This document shows positions 14,725 to 29,620 of a stretch of DNA of 64,000 nt, in pieces. Positions within the stretch are counted from its first letter, which is position 1, and every line of letters starts with the position of its first letter. The position numbers and the translations under genes are program-made. The stretch comes from the human T2T-CHM13v2.0 reference genome, Homo sapiens: NCBI RefSeq assembly GCF_009914755.1, contig NC_060930.1; one strand, 5' to 3'. Under the pieces are notes generated by a model. That model was given only the letters and a program-made list of their open reading frames with translations. It did no database searches and was not told the origin of the DNA.

Positions 14725-16036
14725 CCACAACACACCCAACAGAATGGCTGTCGTCCCAAAGTCTGAGGTTACCAGGCGTTGAGGAAGAGACTGATGCCTT
14801 CCTAACAGAATGGCTGTCGTCTCAAAGTCTGAGGTTACCAGGCATTGAAGAAGAGACCGATGCCTTCCTAACAGAATGGCTGTCGTCCCAAAGTCTGAGG
14901 TTACCAGGCGTTGAGGAAGAGACCGATGCCTTCCTAACAGAATGGCTGTCGTCCCAAAGTCTGAGTTTACCAGGCGTTGAGGAAGAGACCGATGCCTTCC
15001 TAACAGAATGGCTGTCGTCCCAAAGTCTGAGGTTACCAGGCGTTGAGGAAGAGACCGATGCCTTCCTAACAGAATGGCTGTCGTCCCAAAGTCTGAGGTT
15101 ACCAGGCGTTGAGGAAGAGACCGATGCCTTCCTAACAGAATGGCTGTCGTCTCAAAGTCTGAGGTTACCAGGCATTGAAGAAGAGACCGATGCCTTCCTA
15201 ACAGAATGCCTGTCGTCCCAAAGTCTGAGGTTACCAGGCGTTGAGGAAGAGACCGATGCCTTCCTAACAGAATGGCTGTCGTCTCAAAGTCTGAGTTTAC
15301 CAGGCATTGAAGAAGAGACCGATGCCTTCCTAACAGAATGGCTGTCGTCCCAAAGTCTGAGGTTACCAGGCGTTGAAGAAGAGACCGGTGCTTTCCTACA
15401 GTGCTGGTGGGAATGTTCAATGGTACAAGCATTGGAAAACATTCACTGGAAAGAGATTGGCAGTTTATTAAAAAATATGCATCTACTTACTGTGTAAATC
15501 AGCAGTTCGGTCCTATAAATACACCCAAGATAAAGGAAAGCACATGTCCACACAAAGACTTGAACCTGAATGTTCATAGCACCATTACTCATAATAGCTC
15601 CAAATTAGAAACGACCTAAGTGTCCATAAGGAGACACGTGAATAAGCACATTGTGGTGACACTTTCATACTGTTGGGTATTATTTACCAATTAGGAAAAA
15701 GCAGCTACCCATGCATTCAAAACCCTGAATGAGTCATAAACACATCGTGTAGAATAGAGAGGGCAGACACAGAGGCATGTGTATTGAGTGTTTTACGTTC
15801 ATGCAATTTCTAGAAAAATCTGTGGAGAAAGAAATCAGTATTCGGGGGGGCTAAGAGACTGGAGGTGAACTCAGATGAGGCATGACGGAAATTTTGGGGG
15901 TCATGGGAATGTTTAAAACTGAATTATGGTGTTACATCATAACTCCATAAATTCAATGAAAATCATTCAATTATGCATTTACAATGGGTGAATATTATGA
16001 TATATAAATTGTACCACAATAAAGCTGTGAAAAAAA
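14725..16036 (+). mobile_element. Old L1 (L1MC/ME-type) ORF2 3' end plus 3' UTR
   Basis: tgctggtgggaatg (HCWWxC region), gaatgttcatagca, and a terminal ttgtaccacaataaagctgtgaaaaaaa. Confidence 0.85.
14736..15400. repeat. 66-bp minisatellite (10 units) inside L1
   Basis: Unit ctaacagaatggctgtcgtcccaaagtctgaggttaccaggcgttgaggaagagaccgatgccttc. Confidence 0.98.
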
Positions 16037-16049
16037 TGAAGATGACATA

Positions 16050-17095
<1,046 letters not shown>

Positions 17096-18913
17096 TTTCA
17101 GGGCTTTGAGGTGCGAGGACAGCGTTATGTTAGTGGTGGAGTTCCTGTCCTAACAGGAGTGCAGTAAGGCCTCCTTTAAGCAGAGACTGCAGAATGAAGG
17201 AAGGCTGAGCAATCTCGTGGCCCTGTGGCTCTTGTCCTGCACTGGTAGCTGCTCCAGAGGGCCCGTGAAGTTCCTGCCCCACCATGCATCTTCTGCACAT
17301 TGGTGCACGATGCGGAAGGGTTTCAGTGCACTTGGAATGCCAAGGTGAAAGTCTCATTTATTACACAGCATGGACACATAAATCAGGAATTTTCAGTCAA
17401 TACAAACATTTATTCTGATATAAAAAATAATTGTTTCTTGTGTGGCTGACAAAGAGTTAAAAAATCAGGAATGCAGGCAGACTTTGAGAATGATGTATCT
17501 TTGCTTACTCTTCTTGACAGGTTTCCTATTATTCATGGAAATCGGGGAATTCTGGCATCTTTTCAGGCCACCTGTAGAACATCTGGCATTCGTTTAGGAA
17601 AACGAGTTCATTAAAGAAACTATAATTTATTTGACTACTTTGGCACTCATGGGATACACTTGGTTGTCAATACTCTGGGCAGATTTGTGGGTGGGTAATT
17701 CTATGAGTGAGCAAACAACAGGGAAGAAACTCTTTTGGAAGAGCTTGTGCTTTGAATCCAGCCTGGATCAACACTGACAAGGCAGGGCTTGTCTCTTCTC
17801 CACAGTGACCACAGATATCCATTCTGAGTTTATAATGATTGTGATTTTTTTTGTTTACCACAGCATTACATTTTTACTAAGCAGGTCACATGTGCCAATG
17901 CCTAATCACCAGGCTACTAAAGAATAAAGCAAAACATGTAAAAGAGCCCTGGGGTCCTGAAGACCTGCCTCGAAAATCAATGGTGCTGTTTAACTTTCCA
18001 TCCTTAGAGACTGACAAAATGATTTTTGAAAATACTATCAGGATCCGATATTTCTGTCCTGTGTAAAAATGGGGTAGGAAGGGAAATAGCCAACAAAATT
18101 CCTAATAAAGAAAGGTGAAAACAAGGTGACTTTCCCATTGCTCTTCTAAATTAGATCTTTACTTAGGAAAAATGCTTTTTTTTTTTTTTCTGCCATGGGG
18201 ATTTAAAAAAAAAACTGCTAATTTCATGACAGGAAATTTCTGAGAGTAAAATGTAGACTACAAGATACATTCACTTTTTTTCAGTGTAGCTCAACAGCAC
18301 ATGGGTCAGGCCCCAAAAGAAACATATTTTACCCACAATGCTTTATGATTGACAAGGAATTATAGACTTCTCTTTTTCATTTCTGATTACATAGATAAAA
18401 ACAAAATTTGACCGAGATCTTTGATGATAATATCCAACATGTGAGAAGATATTTTCTATAATTGCCATACATGAACTCGAGAATTTTGCCAGAATTTTGA
18501 ATAATGTACCCAAGAATCTGTTAAAAGTTGCCTTCCTACAACTCTAAGGAAGAGAAGGTTTTCCATATCTGGGTTTCTAAGAACTAAATAATTACCTGGA
18601 AATTTTGGTTGAAGATAAGCGCCTTGTCTTACAAATGAGAAGGAAAAGAGATGTTACCTAAATATCTTAAATATAATATATTAAAAAATAGAAGCTGTGT
18701 ATACAAAAGTTTTAAGTCAAGCAGATATTTGACACTTCTCTTGTGAATTTTTTGCTTTAGGCAACCTAACTGGAAAATTTCTGAAGGAAAACATGAATTT
18801 TGGTGAAGAATTATCTGATTATTCCACCCCTATTAATCCAATTAATCAAAACATTGAAGAAGAAAATTGTCCTCACGTTCCACTGGGTTGACAGCCTAGA
18901 TGGTGGTATTCCG

Positions 18914-19333
18914 TGTGACGTCAAGTTTAGCCTAAAGCTGCCTCCTTACATATTTTAGGGTCAGCCTGAAGACCTCTCCACACTTAGTGACTGTCACCTA
19001 ACTGGGCGTGTCAACAGACCTAACCCACCCTTGCCCCAAGCAGCCGCATCTCAGCGGATCACAGCAGCCAGGCGTCACCATGCACCGTGGCCCGGTTCAA
19101 ACTGTGTTTAAATGAGGCCCACGCCAAGCGGTGCCCGTCTGGCTGTTTCTGTGCCTCCGTCCAGTTTTCTTGGCATCACTGTCCTTTCTCTGTCCACAAA
19201 TCTAACCGGACCACGCGACAGCGACGGAGCCGCCCTGAGCCTATGCTGGGTCCAGGGCTGCCCCATTCACCAACAGTCATTTGCTCAATGAAGCTCTGTG
19301 ACATTCAGTTTGTCTGAAGTTTGTCTTTTAACA
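18914..19333 (+). mobile_element. ERV1 solo LTR, MER57-like
   Basis: aagtttagcctaaagctgcctccttacatatttt near the start; ends gtttgtcttttaaca. Confidence 0.8.
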
Positions 19334-19479
19334 TTGGTGATAGAGTGAGAAGTCTGTGAGGAGAAGGGATATGAGATGTTCCAAAATATTATTACATCAC
19401 AAGCAAACGGATTTCTGAGTAAGAGGATGGTTGGGGCAGGGTCAGGTGGGCCGCACTGGGTGAGTGTCTGGTGAGGATG

Positions 19480-20030
19480 GGGGAATAGGTGGGGCGGGGG
19501 CAGAGAGGAGGAGGCAGGATGGAGGAGAGGGAGAAAGAGGAAGGGGGAGCCAGCAGCAGGGAGAGGGGAGACAGGATTGTATACAGAAATGGAACAAAGC
19601 CACCAGCTTCTGCACTCTCCAGTGTGCCCAGGACCTGCCCGCTCCGAGTGGACCCGACAGCACGGGGGTGGCCTGACGCCGGCTGAGATGCAGAATCAGG
19701 CCTCTGAGCTACTGAGCTGGAATCTGCCTTTTGGCCGGACCCGGTTGATTGGAACCGCGTTCATTTGAGGAATGCTCCCTGCGACCAGAGCTCCACCAGG
19801 ACACTCCTTCCCTCCGCCGGCCACGTTTGCAGGGAGCCCCTGAGAGGCAGCGGCAGCCCGGATGCTGAATCCCATTCGCCCCGGTCATTTCCGGAGCGTC
19901 TTCCAGCCCGTTCCCCGCCATGACAGCGACGTGTGCTTTGAGCTCAGTCCACAGCAAAGACCACCTTGGTTCTGTCCCGCCGCAACCACATCCGAAGAAA
20001 GGGGTCAGGTATTCTAGGCGTACGGGGACT
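19480..20030. promoter_or_regulatory. CpG-enriched segment with GC box and CCAAT box (candidate promoter/enhancer)
   Basis: ggggcggggg at ~19491, gattgg at ~19747, locally dense CpGs. Confidence 0.3.
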
Positions 20031-21439
20031 GATAAATTCCAAAAATATGTTGCCTAGAAAAAGATTGTTAAAAATATAAAGGCAAGTTTTATTCATTAAT
20101 GTTCCCTTGCGCTGTCTGTGAAGAAAGGTAGGTTAAAGAGGTACTTCGAAGCAAATCTGTACCAGGAAAATAGAATTTGTTTTCACATCTTTTGCAAGAT
20201 AAGTGAAATTCCTTCAGAGTCCACACCCATGCTTTTATAAACCTCTGATACACTAACAAATCCAAAGAAAAATTGAAAACAAGCGAGAAAAAGGAGACAG
20301 AAAATGCACAAGATACACCGCCCTTTTTGTTTGTTTGTGATTCAGGGCTCAGGATTGACTGGGTCCTCGGGAGGGGACTCGAGGGCAGAAGGATCTATTA
20401 ATCTTACAACTATGTGTTTCATTTTCCAAGTGGTCAGTTTTTTAGGTTACTTTATGAAAAACTGAAATGGAACACAGAATATGAACAATTTCTCAGGGTA
20501 AGAGCAGCTAGATGTAAAAATAACATAATGCAATTAAAGAAGAAATCTTCCAGCAAATAGAACCCCATTTCGGGGATTTTCACCGTGGGCGTGAGGGTCA
20601 CACAAGACTGAAGCCCGCCCAGGAGCAGGCGAGGTCACTGCAGGTGGTCAGTTACAGAGCTCTGCGTCATAGCCCTCTGGCCCCAGACAAAATTCACTCA
20701 TCTATACATTTGCTTGAAAATGCATTATTTGATATTCATTTTGTATACTTAAATACAAAATGAAATGTAACCTGATATTGAAAATAAAAACTCCAGGCAA
20801 CGTCTACATTTCTATGTATTTAGTCTTTTCAAGGTCTACATTTTAAAAGCAAGAAATGAACAAAGTTAGGAATACATTATTACTCTGGCAGGAAAATTAG
20901 ACGGATTGATGAAGTGGGTTCTGTCTATTGTTATTTATCCTACTAGAAATTAAACTAAAAAAACTTAAAATGTTTTTATTCTTTAATTAAAAGCACAATA
21001 GTAAATCCATTACATGCCAACATAAATAACGTGTAATGAAAAATAAATGTAATTTTTGAACCAAACCATCTTGACTGACAAGAGTGCTATACTTTCTATT
21101 GCAAATCCAGTGTCTGACTTCCCGGAAGGCAGCCAGAGTCTGAGGCCACTCCCGCACTCCATCTGTGTGGGTTTGAAGTGTGCAGTGAATACTCAGTGTC
21201 ACTCCCAAATGTATTAGGAAAGAGGAGATTATTTTAATAACCTTTCCTAGGTAATTGTGGTGATTCTTTGATACCAACCCCAAGCCCCAAAGGTGGTAGC
21301 TTCTTAAAGGTGCGCTGTTGTGTGGGATCTGAGCCCTATTGCCTGGGCATGCACCTGCCCCTGTGTCGGCATCCATGGGCCCGTGGCACCGCAGATGGTC
21401 TTCGCTTGCTCGTCACTTTATACCATCCCGCGGTGGAAA

Positions 21440-21960
21440 CAATCAGCTCACTGAGTTCTGCAGATCTTCCAAATGTTGACACTTCTCACTACACAATATA
21501 AAAAGCATTTCTGTTGACCTCCCCACAGATGTCCTCAAAACACCCTTTAAGCCAGTGACAGGCTCACAGAGGGAGACACAAGGTCTTTGGGATTGTCACT
21601 TTCATAGTGATGCTTGAATTTTTATCATAGGCAACAAAAACTGTCAGCCGTCATCCTTGAAATGACAGACTCCCTCATTTTTGAGAAATGTCTGCCAGTT
21701 CTAGTTCCCAAGTCTGAATGACCAGGGCTGGCAGGTCGGTCATGGTCTTAAGTAACCGTGGTGACCCATGGGAGGAACTGCCTGTGATCCCTGAGTTTCC
21801 ATAGCCCTAAATGATTGTAATGACGATATCCATGGAAGACTTGTGAAATTATACAATTATAAAATGTGCAATAAAGTCAACAGGAGATTGCTCTTGGATA
21901 AGCCCAGCACAGGGAAACGTAATTTGACAGTTGATTGGCCCCCCGGTGCTTTTCTGAAAA
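21440..21960. mobile_element. Ancient hAT-Tip100-type DNA transposon fragment (Arthur1/MER69-like)
   Basis: tttttgagaaatgtctgcca ... cccaagtctgaa resembles my recollection of that consensus. Confidence 0.45.
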
Positions 21961-23464
21961 GAAATCACCAAGGCCAGGAGGGACACGAAACGCTTCTTCG
22001 TGTGTCGGCCCGTGTGCAGAATATCTCCAAGATATAAATGACTAAGAAGACTTAATTTGCCACCACAATATGTTTGCTGCAATTAATTTGGGGTGACTTG
22101 TATTTTAGCTTGGATCAAAAATGGGATCTGAAATGTAAAGAACACTGTTAGATTTCCCCACAGGCCGCTCTCTCTTTGGGTGATTTGCTAACTTTTAATT
22201 TGCATTGATTCTCTGAAGGGATCTTAATTCAGATGTCTGTCCACCTCTTCGCTGTAGTTTTACTTGGCCTTAGTCACGTGATCTTTGGGAGGTTTTAGGG
22301 AACGTTATCTAGAAAAAGAAATCACTTTAGATATTAACAAATGCAGAAATGAATCAGTCCATTCATCATTAGGGAAAATGAATTGTTCCAGAACCCAGGA
22401 TTCTATAAAGTAAAATAACACTTACTTTGGAATTGCTAAGGGGTTTAAAAACACCCACTCCATCAAGCCTGTGAGCTGAACCCCAGGCCTGCATGTATGG
22501 CGGAGTGTGTAATGCCTGTGTGTGTTTCAGAGACCACAATTCCCAGTCCCCACTCCAGGTCCTGTGCCTCCCTGGGCGCTGTGGTTGGTGAACCCCAGTG
22601 GGCTGTTTAGGTGTTGAACTTGTACATAACTTGTACATGTGCAATCTTTGTATTTGTAATCAGAATTGCTCAATACCTCCCCTTCCCTTAGACTATATTA
22701 GATAATTTGCACCATGAGTGACATTTGCAAAACTTTAAGAGGTTTTTCCTAAACCATGAGACTGCACATTTGCTAAGGCCCCTTGTAAGTGGCTGAGTAG
22801 GCTCCTAAGCGCCTCCACCCCGAGGCAGGGGCAAAATCACATCTTAAAACTTTAAGTCTCATAATACTTTATGAAATAATGCAGGGTGTGTAACCTGCAT
22901 TCATTTATATGGTATTTAAAATTAATATTCTGAGTCAAATTTAATTTAACTTGAACCAGCTGTCAGCCCAAACAGCTTTCTTTCATTTTTTGAATTTCAG
23001 TACACCAACGATCATTGTAAACATTTCCACCCAAACTTCTTCACATAAGTGATGATTAATTCCCGTGTATCACTTTGTTCCTCGGTGATCACAAATTGCA
23101 TTACACTCAAATTTCACTTAGTGAAAAAGGATGTTAATTTTTCCAGTTCCTATGATTCTAGAATGGAAACACTTTTGGGAGTATTATTTCAAGATCTTGT
23201 GACCAGCAGTGAGGGATTTTAGAGTTAAAGAATGGCTTGGCAGAGATACTTCCCATTGTTTTATCCACTGGAAGTTTGAATAGTGTGATGGGTAATGGGC
23301 AGAAGAGAATAAAGCCTATTTCTGTTCTCTCAGAATTTGTGTATTAAAGGGACAATGTACACAACCCCATTCCTCAGGATGCCAGCCCACTGGGTGTTAT
23401 TCATTTGTCAGGGACGTCATCCAGTTAGAAAAGCTCAGCAACTGACCTTGTGCTGGCTGCTATC

Positions 23465-23468
<4 letters not shown>

Positions 23469-23501
<33 letters not shown>

Positions 23502-23745
23502 AAGGAGAGAGAGAGAAAGAGACAGAGAGAGATGGAGAAAGAGACAGAGAGAGGGAGAGAGAGAAAGAGAGAGAGACAGAAAGAGACGGAGAGAGAGGGA
23601 GAGAGAGAGAAGGAGAGAGAAAGAGACGGAGAGAGAGAGGGAGGGAGAGAGAGAGAAAAAGAAAGAGACAGAAAGGGAGAGAGAGAGAGACAGAGAGACA
23701 CACAGAGAGAGAGAGAGTGTGTGTGTGTGTATGTGTGTGCGTGTG
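23469..23745. repeat. GA-rich low-complexity tract followed by (GT)n
   Basis: Directly visible. Confidence 0.97.
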
Positions 23746-24539
23746 ATTTTTAAATTTTGGAAAGTCCTACCTAAAAATAAGTTGCATATGCATTGCCAGC
23801 TCTTTAAAGCCAATCTGTGGATCTAAAACCATCCATTCACTTATTCCTTCACTGAAGAAGCACTGATTTAGCGCCTGGAATGACCGGGCACTCAGAACAT
23901 CAACATGCAGACGTGGTTTCTGAGCTCAACATCACAGCAGTGTCTTCTCACCAATATTCACAGAACAGCTAATCATTGAGAGGGGACCCAACTTATTCAG
24001 CGTTTTTACATTTTACATTGACATTACATTTTACATTAGATTCCTTTCCAAGGGGAGTACCATGTTGATAATGATGGAAAAATGTATCTGAGAAATGTAA
24101 GTTGCAAATCTATGATTTGTTTCCAGAAGCTTGTTACCACAGCGGGCAAACTGATAACATTAAAGCATGTTGACCATGCTTCAGATAAAGAATCAAGATC
24201 CCAATGAAGCTACACACTAGTTACTATTTTTTCCCTCCATCAAGAAACACTGAGTTGTGCTGTGACGGGTCAGGTGTCATGCTTCATGTTTTACATGCTA
24301 ATTATAACTTTTGTAATGTCATCATCATCACCATTGACTGCTGCTTCTGTATCAGGCAGTCTGTGTACCAAACAGCTAATCTTCCAATAGCATAGTAAGT
24401 GGTCTAGTTACCTGGCAGGGAGGCACCAAGCAACAATAGGTTCTTAATAAATACTCACCGAATGAACGATAGAATGGTCATGCATGGCATGATAAGCAGA
24501 AAATAGGAGACTGTAATAGAGTCAAAATTAACTAATAGG

Positions 24540-24946
24540 ATATATTAGGGTTCTCTGGAGAAACAGAACCAACAGGAAGGAGAGAGGGAGAGAGAGGGGA
24601 TCTGCTGTCAGGAATTGGCTCATGAGATTGCTGGAGTTAAGTCCAAAATCTGCAGAATAGGCTGCAGACTGGAGCCTGGGGATAGCTGATGTTGCAGCTT
24701 GTACCCGCGGGGAGTCTGGAGGCAGAAGTCCTTCCTCAAGGAATCACCAACTTTTTTATCTTAAGTCTCCAACCACATGGATGAGGCCCACCCACGTTAC
24801 GGAGGTCCCCTGCTTTGCTCAAAGTTTATTGATTTAAATGCTAATCTCATCTAAAAGATACCTTCATGCCAACGTCTAGACTGGGCTTTGACCCATAGCT
24901 GGGTACCTGGCCAAGCCCCTGGTTACCTGTGCAAGTAACCAACACA
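24540..24946 (-). mobile_element. MLT2 (ERVL) LTR
   Basis: tattagggttctctggagaaacagaaccaa ... ggatgaggcccaccca ... gatttaaatgctaatctcatctaaaa. Confidence 0.85.
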
Positions 24947-25067
24947 AATCGTGTACTAAGTACTGTGCACACCGCAAGCTTACAATCAGACCTGGCATCA
25001 CAGCGGGTCTTTGTATGGTGACAGCACAGGCCTAAGGGAAAGGGGATTTACACCACATGGTTTATGT

Positions 25068-25775
25068 AGGGTGCAGGCCAAGCAAGTTCACAAGAGGCTG
25101 GTGCAGGCCCCTCGACTGAGCACTTAGCTTGGTGCAGGCCCCTCGGCTGAGTACTTAGCTTTGTGCAGGCCCATTGGGTGAGCACTGAGCTTAGTGCAGG
25201 CCCCTCGGCTGAGTACCTAGCTTGGTGCAGGCCCCTCAGCTGAGCACTGAGCTTGGTGCAGGCCCATTGGGTGAGCACTGAGCTTGGTGCAGGCCCTCGG
25301 CTGCGTACTTAGCTTGGTGCAGGCCCGTTGGGTGAGCACTGAGCTGGGTGCAGACCCCTCGGCTGAGCACTGAGCTTGTTGCAGGCCTCTCAGCTGAGCA
25401 CTGAGCTTGGTGCAGGCCTCTCGGCTGAGCACTGAGCTTGGTGCAGGCCTCTCGGCTGAGCACTTAGCTTGGTGCAGGCCCCTTGGCTGGGTACTTAGCT
25501 TGGTGCAGGCCCGTTGGCTGGGTACTTAGCTTGGTGCAGGCCCGTTGGGTGAGCACTGAGCTGGGTGCAGACCCCTCGGCTGAGCACTGAGCTTGTTGCA
25601 GGCCTCTCAGCTGAGCACTTAGCTTGGTGCAGGCCCCTTGGCTGAGTACTTAGCTTGGGGCAGGCCCATTGGGTGAGCAATGAGCTTGGTGCAGGGCTCT
25701 CAGCTGAGCACTTAGCTTGGTGCAGGCCCCTTGGCTGAACACTGAGCCTGGTGCAGACCCCTTGGCTGAGTACCT
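25068..25775. repeat. 31-bp minisatellite (~22 units)
   Basis: Unit gagcactgagcttggtgcaggcccctcggct; period 31 (25128, 25159, 25190). Confidence 0.96.
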
Positions 25776-25799
25776 ACCGACTGTCAGAGGCACACGAGT

Positions 25800-25910
25800 G
25801 CTCTCATGCAGCTTCTCACTTAATCTTCACAACCTCTCACAGCCAGGGGTGACATCAATGCCATTTTCAGATGGGAAACTGAGCCTCAGGGAACTCAATG
25901 AGCCACCCAG
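25800..25910 (-). mobile_element. MIR fragment
   Basis: ttaatcttcacaac ... ccattttcagatgggaaactgag is the MIR core. Confidence 0.7.
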
Positions 25911-27304
25911 GGTTCCACTGTAAAGGGAGAAAGGGAAATGAAGGTTCCCCTGTGTCCTGGGAGGCATCCTCTATCATGTGAGTACCTGGAGGCCAGCGTT
26001 CGAGGCTGCTCAGGATCACGAGAATCATCAGCACCTCTCAGTTTTCCAGCCCCTGTTTCAGCACCTGATCTCTCCCCAAACATCAGGCTGGTTATATTCA
26101 AAGATACACGATAAGCTGCATTTTCCGTTCCAGATGCCAGGGCTCCCCAGGGGCTCTGTCTGTCCCCTTTCAAGTCCCATCAGGGGCCTGCCCTCAGACA
26201 CCACAGGACCTGACAAGGTATCCACGGCCTCATGATCCTTCACCCCTGCCCCCGGCTGGGGAAAGGCTCAAGGCTGCACGGCTCTGGGGTTCCTAGGACA
26301 AGCTCTGGGTGGGGCAGTCTGCCAGCTCAGAGACAGCAGGAGCAGGAGAGGTGAGGACTGGATATCAGGTGTAGAAAAGAAACCGGCTCATCAGCTTTCA
26401 TGCTCCATTAGCTCCAGCACGATGGGGGTGGTCAGGTGGTCTCGGCTGCAGGGGTAGCATGGGGACGGAGGCGGCCGGCCCGAAGGACCATGGGTCAGAA
26501 GCTGAGTGGCAGGCCCTGCAGTGGCCACTGTGAGTGTGGGGTGTGGCTATGCTGTGACCACACGACCAGGCTGAGGGCTGCTTGGAGCCTGCATCCCAGG
26601 CTCACGCTGGCCAGGCTCATCACTATCTGTACTCAGAGCTGGGTTGACCGTCCTTCCGGGCCTCCGTGTGTGCCCTGGACTGACCTCCAGCCTGGGGTGT
26701 GGACAGCAGCATGCTCCCTCCAGCAGGCTGCCTTGCCCTCCTCTGCAGGCCTTTGGCTGCTGCGGCCCCAGCTCTGGGCCATGAGCCGGGCTGGGTCCTT
26801 TGGCAGGCCTCCGCTCGTTCATCCCCCAAGAGATCCACGATGCCAAGAAGGTGGCCGGACAGAGGTGAAAAGCCAGCTCTGGAGGTTTAGATGCTGTGTT
26901 CCCGACTTCCTCACCATGCTTCTTCCTGACGTCCTTAACTCCTGCCTCTGAGCAAACTTCCTGTGCATGTTTCAGAAATTAAGAATGATGAACAAGGGAA
27001 CACTGAGAGGGAGGGAACTTTTGTGAATTGATGATGATATTTAGGAGCCGTTGCTGGAAAGCTCTAACTGCCTGAACTAGCGGTGGGTCAAAACTTGGTC
27101 CAGTTATCTCAAATACCCACTTGTATGTTTCTGGGTAGTCTTTTCAAGAATTAAAGGAAAGTGAAAAAAAAGAAAAAAAAGCATCGTTTCTCAGCCTTTC
27201 TCATTTACGCTTAGAGTCTCCTCACATCACAGACATGCCGGGCAGAGCACTTGGCAAATGTGCAGCCTTAAAACAAGCAAACGAAATCCATTGCCATAGG
27301 CCAC

Positions 27305-27691
<387 letters not shown>

Positions 27692-27948
27692 TGAGTATCC
27701 CAGACTGGATGGGTAGATCTGTACAATGGCAAACATTCACGAGATGAAGAAAACACAAACACTTCTAAGTAGACAAAGCCGTAAGGAAGTGAGCTATTTA
27801 CGTAATTATGTATGTACAAAAGTATACATGTAAATAAATGCCTATATCAATGTATGTCTATGTAAATTTGGGCAAATATACACATATGGGTGTAAATATA
27901 ATGCTGGAGGCAGTGCCTCCTTATTTACATCCATGAAAGTGCTGTCAT

Positions 27949-28511
27949 ACAGTATGACGATGCCTCAAGGATACAGAACCAGAAATACCATTTGACCCGG
28001 CAATTCCATTACTGGGCATATACCCAAAGGAATCTAAAGCATTCTCCTATAAAGACACATGCACACGTATGCTTATTGCAGCACTGTTTACAATAGCAAA
28101 GACATAGAACCTACCCAAAGGCCCATCAATGATAGACTAGATAAAGAAAATGTGGTACATATACACCATGGGATACTATGCAGCCATAAAAAGGGTAAGT
28201 TCACGTCCTTTACAGGGACATGGATGGAGCTGGAAGTCATCATCCTCAGCAAACTAACACAGGAACAGAAAACCAAACACCACATGTTCTCACTCATGAG
28301 TGGGAGCTGAACATTGAGAACACATGGACACAGGGAGGGGAACATCACACACCAGGGCCTGTTGGAAGGTGGGGTGAGGAGAGGGAACGGACGGGTCAGT
28401 AGGTGCAGCAAACCACCATGGCACACATGTACCTATGTAAGAAACCTGCACGTTCTGCACATGTATCCTGTTTTTTTTTTTTTTAGAAGAAATTTAAAAA
28501 AAAAAAGAAAG
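27949..28511 (+). mobile_element. 5'-truncated L1PA (PA7/8-like) 3' end
   Basis: ORF2 end and 3' UTR, A-tail, and TSD gaaagtgctgtcat (27935-27948) / gaaaatgctgtcat (28512-28525). Confidence 0.95.
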
Positions 28512-28747
28512 GAAAATGCTGTCATCGATGAGAATAGAAGCCCCAGAGTCTCTGTTTTCCTAACAGAGGGACTGTTTGCACTGTGGGTGCGATAGAACAG
28601 CTCCTGCCCTGTAACTCAGTGCTTGGGACTCTTGGCATCATGAGATGCCCTGAATTACTGGGATCATCCAAGTCTCCCTAGAAACTGTGTGGAAACATAG
28701 GTCACAGGCGCTTCTGTGTGTCTTATAAAGACAAGGCTGCTCCAGCA

Positions 28748-29620
28748 GGTAAGCTGAAAGTCACGTCCTAAGCCCCCAACAATCTGAATGGGCTCCTTGT
28801 CTCAGTGAAAGGCACTCTGAAGTTAACCTGAAAATCTAGCTTAGGCCACTATGGGAAGTGGGAGGTGTCAGACGGGCCTCCTTATACCCTCCTCCCTTTG
28901 GAGTTCAGACACAACTGACCAGCATTCACATTAAAACAGAGATCTTAAGACTTTTTGTAGGAATGACTGAATTCCGTCCTGAGTCTAGTATAGCATCCCA
29001 TGACAGCAGGCACTAAAGCAAATGGAAGTATTTTACCCTAAAATATATTTTGTTGACATATTTTGGAATGTCCCTGCAAAGCTGTCTGTTGTAGGAAAAT
29101 CTACATTCTGTAGAGAATCCCTCTCCCTTTCCAGGCCTTTTCCCTGATCTAAGAGAGAATTAACTAAAAGTCTGGCACCTTATAAGTCTGATAAGAGACA
29201 CTTGCTGTGGGTTCTTTCTGAGTCTGCGTCCTGGAGGCTGCGTCTGCATTATAAGAACTTGGTCTCCACAGCCCTTACCTTAACCAGGCTCTGCTTTCTA
29301 TGGATTCCAGGGCTTTAGATAAAAACTTAACTCTTTCAACCAACTGCCAATCAGAAAATCTTTGAATACACCTATGACCTGGAAGCCCCCACCACCACTT
29401 CCAGTTGTCCTGCCTTCCTGGACCAAACCCCTATGCACCTTACATGTCTTGATGGATGACTTATGTCTCCCCAAAATCTACAAAAAAGCAGGCTGTACCC
29501 TGACCACCTGGGACGCTTGTTGTCAGGTACCCCTGAGGCTGTCATGGGCATGTCCTCTATCTTGGCAAAATAAACATCTGAATCCATTGAGACTTGTCTC
29601 AGAGGCCTTCTGGTTTATGA
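28748..29620 (+). mobile_element. MER4-group ERV1 LTR
   Basis: aagttaacctgaaaa ... ttataccctcctccctttgg ... ggcaaaataaac ... ttgagacttgtctcaga. Confidence 0.85.

Noticed and set aside
23337-23813. ER-repeat and SL-repeat proteins (also 30366-31040)
   Set aside because: Translations of (GA)n microsatellites.
27944-27958. Perfect palindrome GTCATAC-A-GTATGAC at the L1 5' junction
   Set aside because: The right arm matches the expected L1 sequence (acagtgtggcgat-like), so coincidence suffices.
28470-28500. Poly-T just before the L1 A-tail, suggesting an inversion
   Set aside because: As I recall, some L1PA8-type 3' ends carry this T-run natively; not anomalous without further evidence.
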